This document shows positions 63,429 through 64,000 of a DNA stretch of 64,000 bases, in pieces (position 1 is the first letter of the stretch; each line of letters begins with the position of its first letter). This stretch comes from Podarcis cretensis (taxonomy: Eukaryota), in assembly GCA_951804945.1 (NCBI GenBank), contig OX638158.1, positions 42,904,001 through 42,968,000 on the forward strand, written 5' to 3'. The translations under genes and the position numbers were made by a program. The notes under the pieces are model-generated. The model was not told the DNA's origin. It did not search any database and saw only the letters and a program-made list of their open reading frames with translations.

Positions 63429-64000
63429 ATGGTCTTGCTTGGGGAGAACAGAACTAATGTAAGGCAGAGAAAGGATAAGTCTTGGCAGCTAAAGAGATTT
63501 TATATTGGAATGGAGGCTAGAAGCGTACAGAACAGTGACTGATCTTGAGGAAGAATTCAAGGGCCACACACTGTGCCATCAACAGGGGCATATCTAGGGG
63601 TTGGCTGCCACCAAGGGTGCAGGCGGGGAGAGCAAAAATTGTGCCTCTCTCAGCACCTCAGGGGAACCCAGACACTAGCATGTGGAACCCCCTTCCCAAG
63701 CAATGGTAGTTTGTGCAGCAGGGATCCCTGTAAGGACGGCACTGCTTGGCCTTCCATCCTAACACCCCCTGCTTGCCATTAGGTAGCCTTTCAGCAGATG
63801 TGGTGACTGAGATATGTCAAGCTAGGCTCTTAATTTACCACAGCCAAGTCACTTTTCCCTGGCTTCTTTCCCACCTTGACCAATTTCCAGCTTGTGCATT
63901 GCTGCATGTTTACCAGACAGCAAGGGCCATTGACTAAAACGGGGCTTACTTTTGAATAAAGTGTGCACTGAGGTGCAACCTCCAAAACCAGTGCCTTTCA

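Overview
This is vertebrate nuclear DNA. The repeat content (Sauria SINE, Squam3-like SINE, Bov-B, lizard-type hAT and Tc1/mariner MITEs) points to a squamate, probably a lacertid lizard (inference). The whole window appears to lie inside one minus-strand gene, NAV3 (neuron navigator 3, an unc-53 homologue). I read 17 internal coding exons between 49853 and 5073. All have GT-AG boundaries and consistent phases, totalling 2890 nt (about 963 codons, from S-WDDSSSVSSG to REAMNRMQ). The flanking exons were not found and presumably lie outside the window. Four exons are short and frame-preserving (21, 24, 42 and 66 nt). The introns hold four solo LTRs with TSDs, L1-type 3' ends with long TSDs, a CR1 fragment, a young Bov-B with an open RT frame, SINEs, several MITEs (one nested) and microsatellites. 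I found no CRISPR, RNA gene or clearly new biological system. The best leads are: a candidate internal first exon with an RFX X-box; shared splicing motifs around the short exons; a microsatellite replacing a polypyrimidine tract; a non-tandem templated duplication; a 27-bp-stem palindrome; and a sense-oriented ERV LTR. All coordinates were read by eye and family names come from recalled consensus sequences, not searches.
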